NCBI GenBank assembly: GCA_963844945.1
Contig: CAWJQZ010000002.1
Coordinates: 2,123 to 66,122, forward strand
Direction: 5' to 3'
DNA: 64,000 nucleotides
Origin: an uncultured Chloroflexia bacterium
GTDB lineage: Bacteria; Chloroflexota; Limnocylindria; Limnocylindrales; CSP1-4
The notes beneath the pieces were generated by a model that did not search any database, was not told the DNA's origin, and saw nothing but the letters and a program-made list of their open reading frames with translations. Shown one piece after another: positions 45,049 through 54,241 of this stretch (position 1 is its first letter; each line of letters opens with the position of its first letter). Made by a program: the position numbers and the translations under genes.

Positions 45049-46398
45049 GTGATCGATCGTCTGCCGCCCCAGAGCGTCGAGGCCGAGGAGTCCGTCCTCG
45101 GCGCCATCCTCATCGACCGCGACGCCATCGTCGAGATCGCGGAGTTCCTGCGCCCGGAGGACTTCTACCGCCAGGCGAACGGCACCGTCTACGGCGCGAT
45201 GTTCGAGCTGTTCGAGCGCCGGGAGCCCGTCGACATCGTGACCGTCGCCGAGACGCTCGAGCGCGCCGGTCTGCTCGAGTCGATCGGCGGACGCGCGTAC
45301 CTCTCCACCCTGTCGAACCGGACCCCCACCGCGGTCCACGCGATGCATTACGCCCGCATCGTCGAGCGCAAGGCGGTCCTCCGGAACCTCATCGCCGCCG
45401 CCGGCAAGGTGGCCGCCATCGGGTACGAGGACGGGGCGGACGTCCAGGCCGCCATCGACCGCGCCGAGTCGGAGCTCTTCGCGGTGAGCCAGCGCCGGGT
45501 GGACGCGGGCTTCTCGCCCCTGAAGCTCCTGCTCCACGACGCGTACGACCGCCTCGACTACCTCCACGCCCACCGGGGCGAGGTCAGCGGGGTGCGGACG
45601 GGGTTCGCCGACCTCGACGCCCTCACGACGGGCCTGCAGAAGAGCGACCTCATCGTCCTCGCCGCCCGCCCCAGCGTCGGGAAGACGAGCTTCGCCCTGA
45701 ACATCGCCGAGCACGCGGCGGTGCGCGACGGGAAGTCGGTCGGCATCTTCAGCCTCGAGATGAGCAAGGAGCAGCTCGTGCTCCGCCTGCTCTCGAGCGT
45801 CGCGAACATCGATTCGCAGCGGCTGCGGAGCGGGTTCCTCGAGGAGATGGACTTCGCCCGGATCGCGCCGGCGATGAACGCGCTGTCGGAGGCGCCCATC
45901 TACATCGACGACACGCCGAACATCAGCACCATGGAGCTCAGGACCAAGGCGCGCCGGCTCCAGGCGGAGTCGGGGCTCGACATGATCGTCGTGGACTACC
46001 TGCAGCTCATGCAGTCCACCGTCCAGAGCCGCGACGCCAACCGTGTGCAGGAGGTCTCCGAGATCTCGCGTGGCCTGAAGGCGCTCGCGCGCGAGCTCAG
46101 CGTGCCCGTCATCGCGCTGTCGCAGCTGTCGCGCCAGGCCGAGATGCGGGAGTCGAGGGAGCCGCGGCTCTCCGACCTGCGAGAGTCGGGTGCGATCGAG
46201 CAGGACGCGGACCTCGTGGTCTTCCTCTGGCGCGACAAGGACAAGCCGGACGACCAGGACGCGGACGGCGAGGTCGTCCACCTCCGTCTCGCGAAGCACC
46301 GCAACGGCCCCACGGGCGAGCTCGACCTCTGGTTCAAGAAGCGGCAGACCCGCTTCGTCGGGTACACCGGCGACCGGGCGACCGTCGGCGCCGCCTAG
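45049..46398 (+). CDS. dnaB: replicative DNA helicase
   Basis: 449 aa. PPQSVEAEESVLGAILID N-terminus, Walker A ARPSVGKTSFALN. No intein-sized insertion. Confidence 0.95.
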   Translation: MIDRLPPQSVEAEESVLGAILIDRDAIVEIAEFLRPEDFYRQANGTVYGAMFELFERREPVDIVTVAETLERAGLLESIGGRAYLSTLSNRTPTAVHAMHYARIVERKAVLRNLIAAAGKVAAIGYEDGADVQAAIDRAESELFAVSQRRVDAGFSPLKLLLHDAYDRLDYLHAHRGEVSGVRTGFADLDALTTGLQKSDLIVLAARPSVGKTSFALNIAEHAAVRDGKSVGIFSLEMSKEQLVLRLLSSVANIDSQRLRSGFLEEMDFARIAPAMNALSEAPIYIDDTPNISTMELRTKARRLQAESGLDMIVVDYLQLMQSTVQSRDANRVQEVSEISRGLKALARELSVPVIALSQLSRQAEMRESREPRLSDLRESGAIEQDADLVVFLWRDKDKPDDQDADGEVVHLRLAKHRNGPTGELDLWFKKRQTRFVGYTGDRATVGAA

Positions 46399-46443
46399 AC
46401 TGGGGTGGGCGCCATCCGCCGGCGCCGGCGCATGGAGTGACCG

Positions 46444-46647
46444 ATGGGAGTGCTCATCATCCGGGAGATGGTCGGGACCAGCCCGAACTCGTGGAGCGAC
46501 GCCGCGAAGCAGGCGGTCTCGCGGGCATCCAGGACCGTCCGCAACATCCGGCAGATCGACGTGGTGAAGCAGACGGCGCGGGTCGAGGACGGCGAGATCG
46601 TCGAGTACCTCGTGGAGATCAAGATCTCGTTCGAGTACGACAGCTGA
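46444..46647 (+). CDS. dodecin-family flavin-binding protein
   Basis: 67 aa. ...EMVGTSPNSWSDAAKQAVSRASRTVRNIRQIDVV...IVEYLVEIKISFEY matches the dodecin pattern as I recall it. Confidence 0.6.
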   Translation: MGVLIIREMVGTSPNSWSDAAKQAVSRASRTVRNIRQIDVVKQTARVEDGEIVEYLVEIKISFEYDS

Positions 46648-46712
46648 CGCGACGCGGGCCGCGCCGGGGGGCCCCGCGGTAGACCGCCGGTGCGGCGCGA
46701 GGTGATCCGCAG

Positions 46713-49700
46713 GTGATCCGTGCCGGGCACCATCGCCCGGCCATGTCGCCCTCTGACGCCCCCTCGCTCGCCTCCACGGGTATCGACCCGGACGCCTCGG
46801 CGCGCGCGGCCGTTCCGGCGCCTGTACAGTCGGGACGCGGCACACCCGAGGCTGACGGGTCCGCACCGCGAGTGCCGGTCGGACCGGGGCCCACGGTGCG
46901 CCAGGCTCGGGCGACCGTCCAGTACCCGGTGACGGATCCCCCGATGCGGGTCAGCAAGGTCCAGCCGCCGCGACTCCGCGAGGAGGTCCTCTCGCGCGCG
47001 CGCCTCCTCGACTGGCTGGACATCAAGATCCACCGGCGGGTCGTGACGATCGTCGCCGAGGCGGGCTACGGCAAGACCACCCTTCTCGCCGACTGGACCT
47101 GGCGCACCCGGATGCGCGTCGTGTGGCACCAGCTGGACGAGGACGACCGCGACATCGTCGTGTTCATCCGGTACCTGCTGGCCGCGTGCAGGCGCGTCGC
47201 TCCCGAGATGGGCGAGACCACGGCCGGCCTGCTCCGTGACATCGGCACCCTCGCGACGTCCGCGGAGACGCTCGCGGACACGCTCATCCGCGAGCTCGGA
47301 GCCATGGCGGACCAGCCCACGGTCCTCATCTTCGACGACGTCCACTCCATCGAGCGGGCACCCGAGGTCCAGCGAGCTCTGCGCGAGATCATCGCCCGAG
47401 CGCCGGACCGCATGACGATCGTGCTGTCCGGCCGGCGCAAGCCGCCGGTCCCGCTCGCCCGGCTGCGCACCCATGGTGAGATCGCGGAGCTCGCCGCGGA
47501 CGACCTTCGGTTCGACCACGAGGAGACCGAGACCCTCTTCCGCGACGCGTACAACCACCCGCTGGACCGGGAATCGCTGGCGACGCTCGAGCGTCGCACG
47601 CAGGGATGGGCCGCGTCTCTCGACCTGGTGCGAGCCGCCATCCGCGACCGTTCGGACGCCGACACGCGCCGGTTCATCCGCGGCCTCTCGGCCGCCGAGG
47701 GTCCGCTCTACGACTACCTGGCCGAGGAGGTCGTGAGCGACCTCACTCCCGACCTCCAGAGCTTCCTCATGCGCACCGCCCTGCTCGTCGACGTGGACAT
47801 CGAGCCCGCGATGATCGCGGCGGACGTGGACCGGGCCACCGCCCAGGAACGGATCACGGAGGCGGAGCGGCTGGGGCTGCTGTCGATCGGTCGTGGACGC
47901 GCGGGGCGTTCCGGCGCTCAGTACCACCCGCTCGTGCGGGAGTTCCTGGCCGCACGACTCGTGCGGGAGATCGGCGAGGAGGAGACCCGGGCCATCCATC
48001 GACGCATCGCGGCCGCCTCCGAGGAGACCGACTGGCGGCGTGCCGTGCACCACTACGCGGAGGCGGACGACGTCGAGGACCTCCAGCGCGTCCTGGTGAG
48101 CGCCACCCGGTCGATCATGGCGTCGGGCGACTACTCGTACGCGGAGAGCTACATCTCACGGTCCGCGACGACCGAGGAGACCCCCTGGTTCGACATCATC
48201 CTGTCGCGCCGCGAGCTGCGCGCGGGCCGGGTGACCGAGGCGATCGACCGGGCAGAGCGCGCCGTGGCCTCCCTGCAAGAGGCCGGCCCAGACCGGCACC
48301 TGGCACTGGCGAACTTGATCTCCATGCGCCTGAACCAAGGTGATGTCGTGGCCGCGCACATGGTTGCCGACGAGCTAGAGAGCACTGGGTCCGACGGCGA
48401 ACTCAACTCGATGGCAGCCGCGACACGAGCGATCATCGAGACGTCTCAGTCGGGGCGAATTGCCGACGCAATCAGACACTTCGAGAGGCTGTCGGCGTCT
48501 CACTCCGAGGAGGACACGGCACGGTTCCGCGGAGTGACGCTGCTGAATCTCGCGTATGCGCTCGTGTTCTACGGCGATCTCGACCGAGCGCTTGAGACCG
48601 CGACCCTCGCCGTCGACACTTTGGACGCCGACAGCCCAACCGAGATTGCCAACGGACGGCTGGTACGCGCGACCGTGCTTGCCCACTGCGGTCGGGAGGC
48701 TGAAGCGTCCGCTGAGCTTGACCTCGCCATCGAAGTGGTACCTGAGGCGAGCGTCGCAGAAGTCCTCATCGAGACAGCGGATGTGCTCGGGGCTTACGGC
48801 GACGTGGACCGCGCTCTTGAACTCATGTCCTCTGCACTCAACAGCACCGACGCCATGCCGGCGGGGTTCAAACGAGCCGTCCAGGTGATTGGGGCGCACA
48901 CGCTGGCGCGCGCAGGGAAGTACCAAGAAGCCAAGTTGGCGCTTGATTCGATCGGGCCGGACCAACTAATGCCGATGCCGGGAGCGCGAGGCCGCATAGC
49001 GGCAATCCGAGCACACGTTGCTGCGGGTCTTGGGTCCACTGACGCGCGCGAACTCGCGATCGAGGCGGGCAAGGTCGCGGAGTCCGTCGACGCACATTAC
49101 TGGGCTCGATACGCCGGACTGATTGGAGACGTGTGCTTAGAGGACCAGTCGCTTGAGCGAGTGCTAATGCGTCGGGCTGAGGCAGATCCTGGTCTGTTGT
49201 GCCTCTGCGCCGACCTGGTGACTCGCCAACTCGGTCGCCTGTCCCCGGTTGCGCGGCTCGCCGTGGAGCGATCGGCCGATGGCCACAAGGCACGGTGGCG
49301 CCATGCGCTGCGTACGGTGATTGACGAGCGGAGTTCTGGCGGCGCGGCCCTTCCTGCTGCGGAGTGGCTGGATCGCATCGGCGAGCCTGAGGACGTCCTT
49401 CGGCTCCGACGCGTCGTACGCCGACTGGGCGCCCGCGCTCAGGGACTGGAACTGGGCCGCAGTCTCGCCCGAAGGATCGCGCCACGGGTCTACGTGGAGG
49501 ACCTAGGCCGCGTCGAGCTGCTCATCGATGGGAAGCCGGTGCCGGGGGCGCGGCTCCGGCGGAAGGTCCTCGCGCTCCTGTGTTTCCTTCTAAGCCGGCC
49601 GGACTTCGCCGCGACACGAGACCAGACTCTGGATGCGCTCTGGCCGGAGATGGATCCCGAGCTCGGTTCCAACTCGTTGAATCAGACGGTCTACTTCCTG

Positions 49701-50195
49701 CGACGAGTCTTCGAGCCCGGATACTCCGACGACGTGTCGGCGGGGTATGTGGAAAGCAACTCCGAGATGGTGTGGCTCGACCGGGAACTCACGACGAGTC
49801 GAAGCACGACGTGCGCCGAACTCGTGCGGCGCGGGCGCGGCGGAGATCGGGAGGCGGTGAACCTCCTAGCGCGCACGTACCGCGGCCGATTTGCCCTCGA
49901 CTTCGCCTACGAGGACTGGGCCGTCGCACACCGGGATTCGCTGCATGCCGGCTACCTCGAAACCATGGAGCGGGCCATTGCGGAGCGTACTCAGGCGGGC
50001 GACTTCGCTGGTGCGGTGGAGCTGGCCCAATCGGTTGTCGAGGTCGACCTGGATGCAGACGCAGTGCAGCTCGCCCTCATTCGTCTGTACCGGTTCACGG
50101 GGGCATACGCTGCAGCAGGGGAGTTGTATGCCCACTACGCAGCCGCCCAGAAGAGCGAGTTCGGTGTTGACGTGCCCCCGCTCGCGGATATCTAG
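46713..50195 (+). CDS. large MalT-like (STAND) NTPase regulator with TPR-like middle and C-terminal SARP module (wHTH + BTAD)
   Basis: Walker A AEAGYGKTTLLADW, Walker B VLIFDDVH, MalT-like arm (TQGWAASLDLV). Helical repeats span ~48.0-49.3 kb. The C-terminus has OmpR-type wHTH (GRVELLIDGKPVPGARLRRKVLALLCFLL...LWPE) plus BTAD (YRGRFALDFAYEDW...ALIRLYRFTGAYAAAGELYAHY). The exact start is uncertain. Confidence 0.7.
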   Translation: MIRAGHHRPAMSPSDAPSLASTGIDPDASARAAVPAPVQSGRGTPEADGSAPRVPVGPGPTVRQARATVQYPVTDPPMRVSKVQPPRLREEVLSRARLLDWLDIKIHRRVVTIVAEAGYGKTTLLADWTWRTRMRVVWHQLDEDDRDIVVFIRYLLAACRRVAPEMGETTAGLLRDIGTLATSAETLADTLIRELGAMADQPTVLIFDDVHSIERAPEVQRALREIIARAPDRMTIVLSGRRKPPVPLARLRTHGEIAELAADDLRFDHEETETLFRDAYNHPLDRESLATLERRTQGWAASLDLVRAAIRDRSDADTRRFIRGLSAAEGPLYDYLAEEVVSDLTPDLQSFLMRTALLVDVDIEPAMIAADVDRATAQERITEAERLGLLSIGRGRAGRSGAQYHPLVREFLAARLVREIGEEETRAIHRRIAAASEETDWRRAVHHYAEADDVEDLQRVLVSATRSIMASGDYSYAESYISRSATTEETPWFDIILSRRELRAGRVTEAIDRAERAVASLQEAGPDRHLALANLISMRLNQGDVVAAHMVADELESTGSDGELNSMAAATRAIIETSQSGRIADAIRHFERLSASHSEEDTARFRGVTLLNLAYALVFYGDLDRALETATLAVDTLDADSPTEIANGRLVRATVLAHCGREAEASAELDLAIEVVPEASVAEVLIETADVLGAYGDVDRALELMSSALNSTDAMPAGFKRAVQVIGAHTLARAGKYQEAKLALDSIGPDQLMPMPGARGRIAAIRAHVAAGLGSTDARELAIEAGKVAESVDAHYWARYAGLIGDVCLEDQSLERVLMRRAEADPGLLCLCADLVTRQLGRLSPVARLAVERSADGHKARWRHALRTVIDERSSGGAALPAAEWLDRIGEPEDVLRLRRVVRRLGARAQGLELGRSLARRIAPRVYVEDLGRVELLIDGKPVPGARLRRKVLALLCFLLSRPDFAATRDQTLDALWPEMDPELGSNSLNQTVYFLRRVFEPGYSDDVSAGYVESNSEMVWLDRELTTSRSTTCAELVRRGRGGDREAVNLLARTYRGRFALDFAYEDWAVAHRDSLHAGYLETMERAIAERTQAGDFAGAVELAQSVVEVDLDADAVQLALIRLYRFTGAYAAAGELYAHYAAAQKSEFGVDVPPLADI

Positions 50196-50404
50196 GGCGA
50201 GAACGAACCGAGCGCCGCGTCCCAGTGGGCGCCTGTGTAGGGCGGCATAGGCACCGATACGTATTGACCCTGCCTCAACGCCAACCATATAGTCCTGCCA
50301 TCGACTGGTACCTCAGTACTAGTCAGGTAATGGAAACGCTCGGACGCTTCGAAGCCTCTCCTGAACTGGGCACTTAGGGAGGGGTAGAGCGACTAGTGCA
50401 ACCG

Positions 50405-50446
50405 ACCGACCCTCGAGTCAGGTCGGTTTCCTGTTCTTCGGACAGG
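50405..50446 (+). other. two adjacent stem-loops in the AT-rich spacer
   Basis: ACCGACC-N9-GGTCGGT (50405-50427) and CCTGTTC-TTC-GGACAGG (50430-50446). The second pairs part of an AGGAGG (50444-50449). Confidence 0.4.
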
Positions 50447-50469
50447 AGGCCGCAGGAGGTACGAGCGTG

Positions 50470-50499
50470 ATGGTCGAGTCCTACGCCAAGGGCTGGTAG
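50470..50499 (+). CDS. candidate mini-ORF (9 aa, MVESYAKGW)
   Basis: AGGAGG at 50454-50459 precedes GTGATG. Stop TAG at 50497-50499. Leader-peptide-like and speculative. Confidence 0.2.
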   Translation: MVESYAKGW

Positions 50500-50522
50500 G
50501 AAGCGAGAGCGGCAAGGATCAC

Positions 50523-50615
50523 ATGATGAGATTCAAGATCCTGCGCCTCATCGCGGCATTGGGAACGGTCGCTGCGGCCGCTCTCGCGGGTGGGGCCTCA
50601 CTGAAGGCTTTCTAG
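50523..50615 (+). CDS. candidate small hydrophobic peptide (30 aa)
   Basis: AAGGA lies 5 nt before the ATG at 50523. MMRFKILRLIAALGTVAAAALAGGASLKAF looks like a signal peptide or single TM. Below the ORF-track size cutoff. Confidence 0.3.
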   Translation: MMRFKILRLIAALGTVAAAALAGGASLKAF

Positions 50616-50669
50616 TCCGTGTCGGGCACTCCGGCAGAAGGGCAGGCGAGTTAATCTCTCGGCTGCGCC

Positions 50670-52086
50670 ATGTCTGAGTCGAAGTCGGCAGAAGTCTCGG
50701 TCCCGCTCAAGTTCTACGTCACGGGACTCGTGACCGTGAGCGCTGTTGCGCTCGGGGTCACGAGTCTCTTCGTTCCTGTGAACCCGCGGATCGCGCCGGT
50801 CACGCTGGATACCGCGCCGGAAGTCGGGATTCTGCTGGGTGTCGCGCTCTGGACAGCGATAACGCTGGTGTTGGGCGCCCTTCCGGTTCAGTTGCCCACA
50901 GGCACTGTAATCACGGTGGCGAGCGCTCCCGTCGTCGTCGCGATGATCCTCGGTGGGCCGACGGCTGCCGGCTGGGTCGCGCTCATCGGGGTCACCGAGG
51001 TTCGCGAGCTTCGCGGCGACGTCCCGTGGTACGGGACGCTCTTCAACCATGCCGGCGGTCGTCCTGCCGGCAATCATCGGCGGGAGCGTCATAGCCCTCG
51101 CGACACGAATCTTCGGCGGCGGCCCGGGCAGCCCAGTCGAGGATTTCGCGGGCGCGGTTCTCGGCGCCTCCCTCTACCTGATTCTCAACCTGCTGCTGGC
51201 GAGCATCGCCGTTGCGCTGCGGACGGGAAGTCGCGTGCGGAGCGTCGTTCGCATGAACTCGGCTCTGTATGCCGACATGCTCACGCTTTCGCCGCTCGCC
51301 TGGCTGATGGCGCAGATGTATCTGGTTGCGTGGTGGGCTTCGCTCCTGTTCGTTATCCCCCTGTACACGACCCGCGTTGCCTACAACCGGTTCGTCGAGA
51401 TGCGCGAGATGTTCACGCAGACGATCGGTGCTCTCGCCGAGGCGGTCGACAAGCGCGACCCCTTCACGTCTCAGCACAGTCAGAACGTGAAGGAGATCGC
51501 GGTCGCGATCGGCCGTGTCCGGAAGGTCCCGTCGGCAGACCTGGATGCCCTGGAATGGGGCGGTCTGCTGCACGACATCGGGAAGATCGGCGTGCCCGAC
51601 TCCATCCTCCTGAAGCCGGGCCGGCTGACGAAGGAGGAGCGCGTCCTGATGAACGCGCACCCGGAGAAGGGCGCGGAGATCATCGAACAGGTGAAGAGGC
51701 TCGCCCCGGTGGTCCCGCTGATCCGCCACCACCACGAGTGGTTCAACGGGTCCGGCTATCCGCAGCGGCTCGTCGGCATGGAGATCCCGGAGCTCGCGCG
51801 GATCGTCGGCGTCGCCGACGCGTTCGAGGCGATGACGTCGGCGCGACCGTATCGGATGACGCCGCTCACCCACGCCGAGGCTCTCGCCGAGCTCCGGCGC
51901 TTCGCGGGGATCCAGTTCGACCCGCAGATGGTCGAGGCGTTCGCCAGGACGGAGTTCGCGCGCGACATCCCCGACCCCGCCCGCCCCAACGAGCCGCGCC
52001 AGATCCCGACGATCCAGGAGGTCGCGGAGCGACTCGCCACCGCCTCCGCGGCCGAGCCCGGGGCCGCCGCTGCCGAGAACGGCTAG
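50670..52086 (+). pseudogene. membrane-anchored HD-GYP domain protein (c-di-GMP phosphodiesterase family), frameshifted
   Basis: The N-terminal TM region (from ATG 50670) is in one frame up to ...WYGTLFNHA. The continuation AVVLPAIIGGSVIA... is in the frame of ORF 50953..52086, with one extra nt at ~51051-51056. HD-GYP motifs HDIGKIGVPD and HHEWFNGSGYPQRL. Confidence 0.75.
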
Positions 52087-52089
52087 AGG

Positions 52090-54087
52090 GTGCTCGCCGG
52101 CGCGATCGTCCTCGGGCTCATCGCCGGCCTCGCCGCGGGCGGGTCGATCGGCAATCTCGCATCTCTCCGCCTGCGGAGCGTGTGGCTCATCTTCTTCGCG
52201 CTGGCGCTCCGGGCGGTCGTCGAGCTGGGGGTCGGGGCCGGTGCGGAGATCCCTCAGCCGGTGCGCACCGCGCTCCTCACGACGGCGTACGGCTTCCTCG
52301 TCGTCGGCCTCGCGGCGAACCGCCGGTACCCGGGCTTCCTCCTCGCGCTCGTCGGCGTCCTGAGCAACGGCATCGCGATCCTCTGGAACGCGGGTCGGAT
52401 GCCGATCTGGGAGCCGAGCCTGACCGCGGCCGGCTTCACGTCCGCGGACGTGACGCCGGCGCTCCACGTGCTGCTGCCGGGGACTCTCGACGCCGCGTTC
52501 CTCCTCCGCCTGGGGCCGCTCACGGACATCATCCCGATCGCCGTCCCGTTCGTGCGCAACGTCGCGTCGGTCGGCGACGTCTTCATCGCGGCCGGCCTGG
52601 GCACGTTCCTGTTCGCAGCGGTCGTCGGGAGGCCGGAGTGGCTCGAGTCGACCGGGGTCGTGCGGACGGGCCCGGGCGACGCGGTGGCGGCCGGGTCCTC
52701 GCGCCTGGCGCCGGTCGCCGCCGGGATCGCCGAGATGGGCGAGGTCGCGTCGCTCCAGCGGGCCTCGCTTCTCGGTGGCGCCGGGGGCGGGGTGGCCGTC
52801 TCGGTGCCGCCGGCGACGGGGGCTCCCGCGTTCGGCCGCCGCGTCCTGGGCCATCCATATGTGCGGCTCGCGCTCAACGCGGACTTCTCCGCCCTCTGGG
52901 TCGGCCAGCTGGTGAGCTTCTTCGGCGACCGGATCAACCAGGTCGCGATCGCCTTCCTCGTGCTCGGCGTCACGGGTTCGCCGGTCGCGGTGAGCGGGGT
53001 GTTCGTCGCCGCCTTCCTGCCCAACCTCCTGCTCGGCCCGATCGCGGGCACCTTCGTGGACCGGTGGGACCACAAGGACGTCATGGTGGTGAGCGACCTT
53101 CTCCGGGCCGCCGCGGTCCTGATGATCCCGGCAGCGGCCGCGATCGACATCATCCTCGTGTACCCGCTCGTCTTCGCGGTCACGAGCGTGACGATCTTCT
53201 TCCGGCCGGCCCGGACGGCCGTGATCCCGCGGATCGTGCGCGAGGACGAGCTCGTGACCGCGAACTCGGCCTCCTGGGTGGGCGAGACGCTCGCGGACGT
53301 CATCGGGTATCCGATCGCCGGGGTCTTCGTGGCATTCCTCGGGTCGGCGCTGGCGCTCGCCTTCTGGCTCGACGCGCTCACATACGTGGCGTCCGCGATC
53401 CTCGTCCTCACGATGGCCATCCCCCCGGTGGTGCGCGCGGCGGGCGAGGCCGCCGACGCGGCACGCTCGGGCATCCGGGGCGTCGTGGCGGACCTCGCGG
53501 AGGGATGGCGATTCCTCCGCGGCGAGCGGGTGCTGCTCGCCAACACGGTGCAGGGCGCGCTCGCCCAGGTCACGGTCGGCACGACGATCGCCCTCACGCC
53601 GATCTACGCGGCGGAGGTCCTTTCGCGCGGGAGCCTCGAAGGGTCGGCGGTCTACGCGTTCCTCGAGACGGCGATCGGGGTGGGGAGCCTCGTCGGCGGC
53701 TTCGCCGTGGGACTCGTGGGGATGCGCTTCGCGCGCGGCCGGATGGTCATCGCGGGGTTCGCGCTCTACGGGGCGTGCGTCATCGGCCTGAGCGTGACCG
53801 GCAACGTCGCACTCGCGATCGGGCTGATGGCCGGCTGCGGCGTGGCGAACATGATCTACGTCATCCCCAGCCAGACGCTCTTCCAGGAGCGGACGCCGGT
53901 GGAGCTGATCGGCCGGGTCGTGAGCTTCCGGTTCGCGCTGGTCACGGCGTCGATGAGCGCTGCGATGGCCGCGGCCGGCCTCCTCGCTGCCGGGATCGGG
54001 GTCCCCGCGGTCCTGGCGATCTCGGGCGCGATCACGGTCGTCACGGGCCTCGCGGGCCTTCTGACGCCGGCCGTGCGGGACGCCTGA
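52090..54087 (+). CDS. DUF5317-like membrane domain fused to MFS_3 transporter
   Basis: GTG lies 4 nt after the HD-GYP stop. The N-terminal ~190 aa (AIVLGLIAGLAAGGSIGNLASLRLRSVWLIFFALAL...) resemble DUF5317. From ~aa 255, LALNADFSALWVGQLVSFFGDR... is a 12-TM MFS_3. No stop between them. Confidence 0.6.
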   Translation: MLAGAIVLGLIAGLAAGGSIGNLASLRLRSVWLIFFALALRAVVELGVGAGAEIPQPVRTALLTTAYGFLVVGLAANRRYPGFLLALVGVLSNGIAILWNAGRMPIWEPSLTAAGFTSADVTPALHVLLPGTLDAAFLLRLGPLTDIIPIAVPFVRNVASVGDVFIAAGLGTFLFAAVVGRPEWLESTGVVRTGPGDAVAAGSSRLAPVAAGIAEMGEVASLQRASLLGGAGGGVAVSVPPATGAPAFGRRVLGHPYVRLALNADFSALWVGQLVSFFGDRINQVAIAFLVLGVTGSPVAVSGVFVAAFLPNLLLGPIAGTFVDRWDHKDVMVVSDLLRAAAVLMIPAAAAIDIILVYPLVFAVTSVTIFFRPARTAVIPRIVREDELVTANSASWVGETLADVIGYPIAGVFVAFLGSALALAFWLDALTYVASAILVLTMAIPPVVRAAGEAADAARSGIRGVVADLAEGWRFLRGERVLLANTVQGALAQVTVGTTIALTPIYAAEVLSRGSLEGSAVYAFLETAIGVGSLVGGFAVGLVGMRFARGRMVIAGFALYGACVIGLSVTGNVALAIGLMAGCGVANMIYVIPSQTLFQERTPVELIGRVVSFRFALVTASMSAAMAAAGLLAAGIGVPAVLAISGAITVVTGLAGLLTPAVRDA

Positions 54088-54241
54088 CGCAGCGCCTCCT
54101 GCCGGGCCGTCGCGCGTTCGCTACACTGGCGCCTGCCGTCGGGCGCAGCCCGTCCATGTCTGCTCATGCCCACGGCCCGCCACTTCACAGCCGACACCGG
54201 CCCGCCGACCGGCCGCGGCCGATACGGAGCACGACGACGGG

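Noticed and set aside
45049-46398. Intein in dnaB.
   Set aside because: The protein is 449 aa and colinear with intein-less DnaB. There is no insertion after the Walker A region.
50340-50470. tRNA-like or c-di-GMP riboswitch-like element (GGGGTAGAGCGACTAG...).
   Set aside because: No cloverleaf can be drawn: there are no acceptor/T-arm complements. I also recognise no GEMM-I/II conserved cores.
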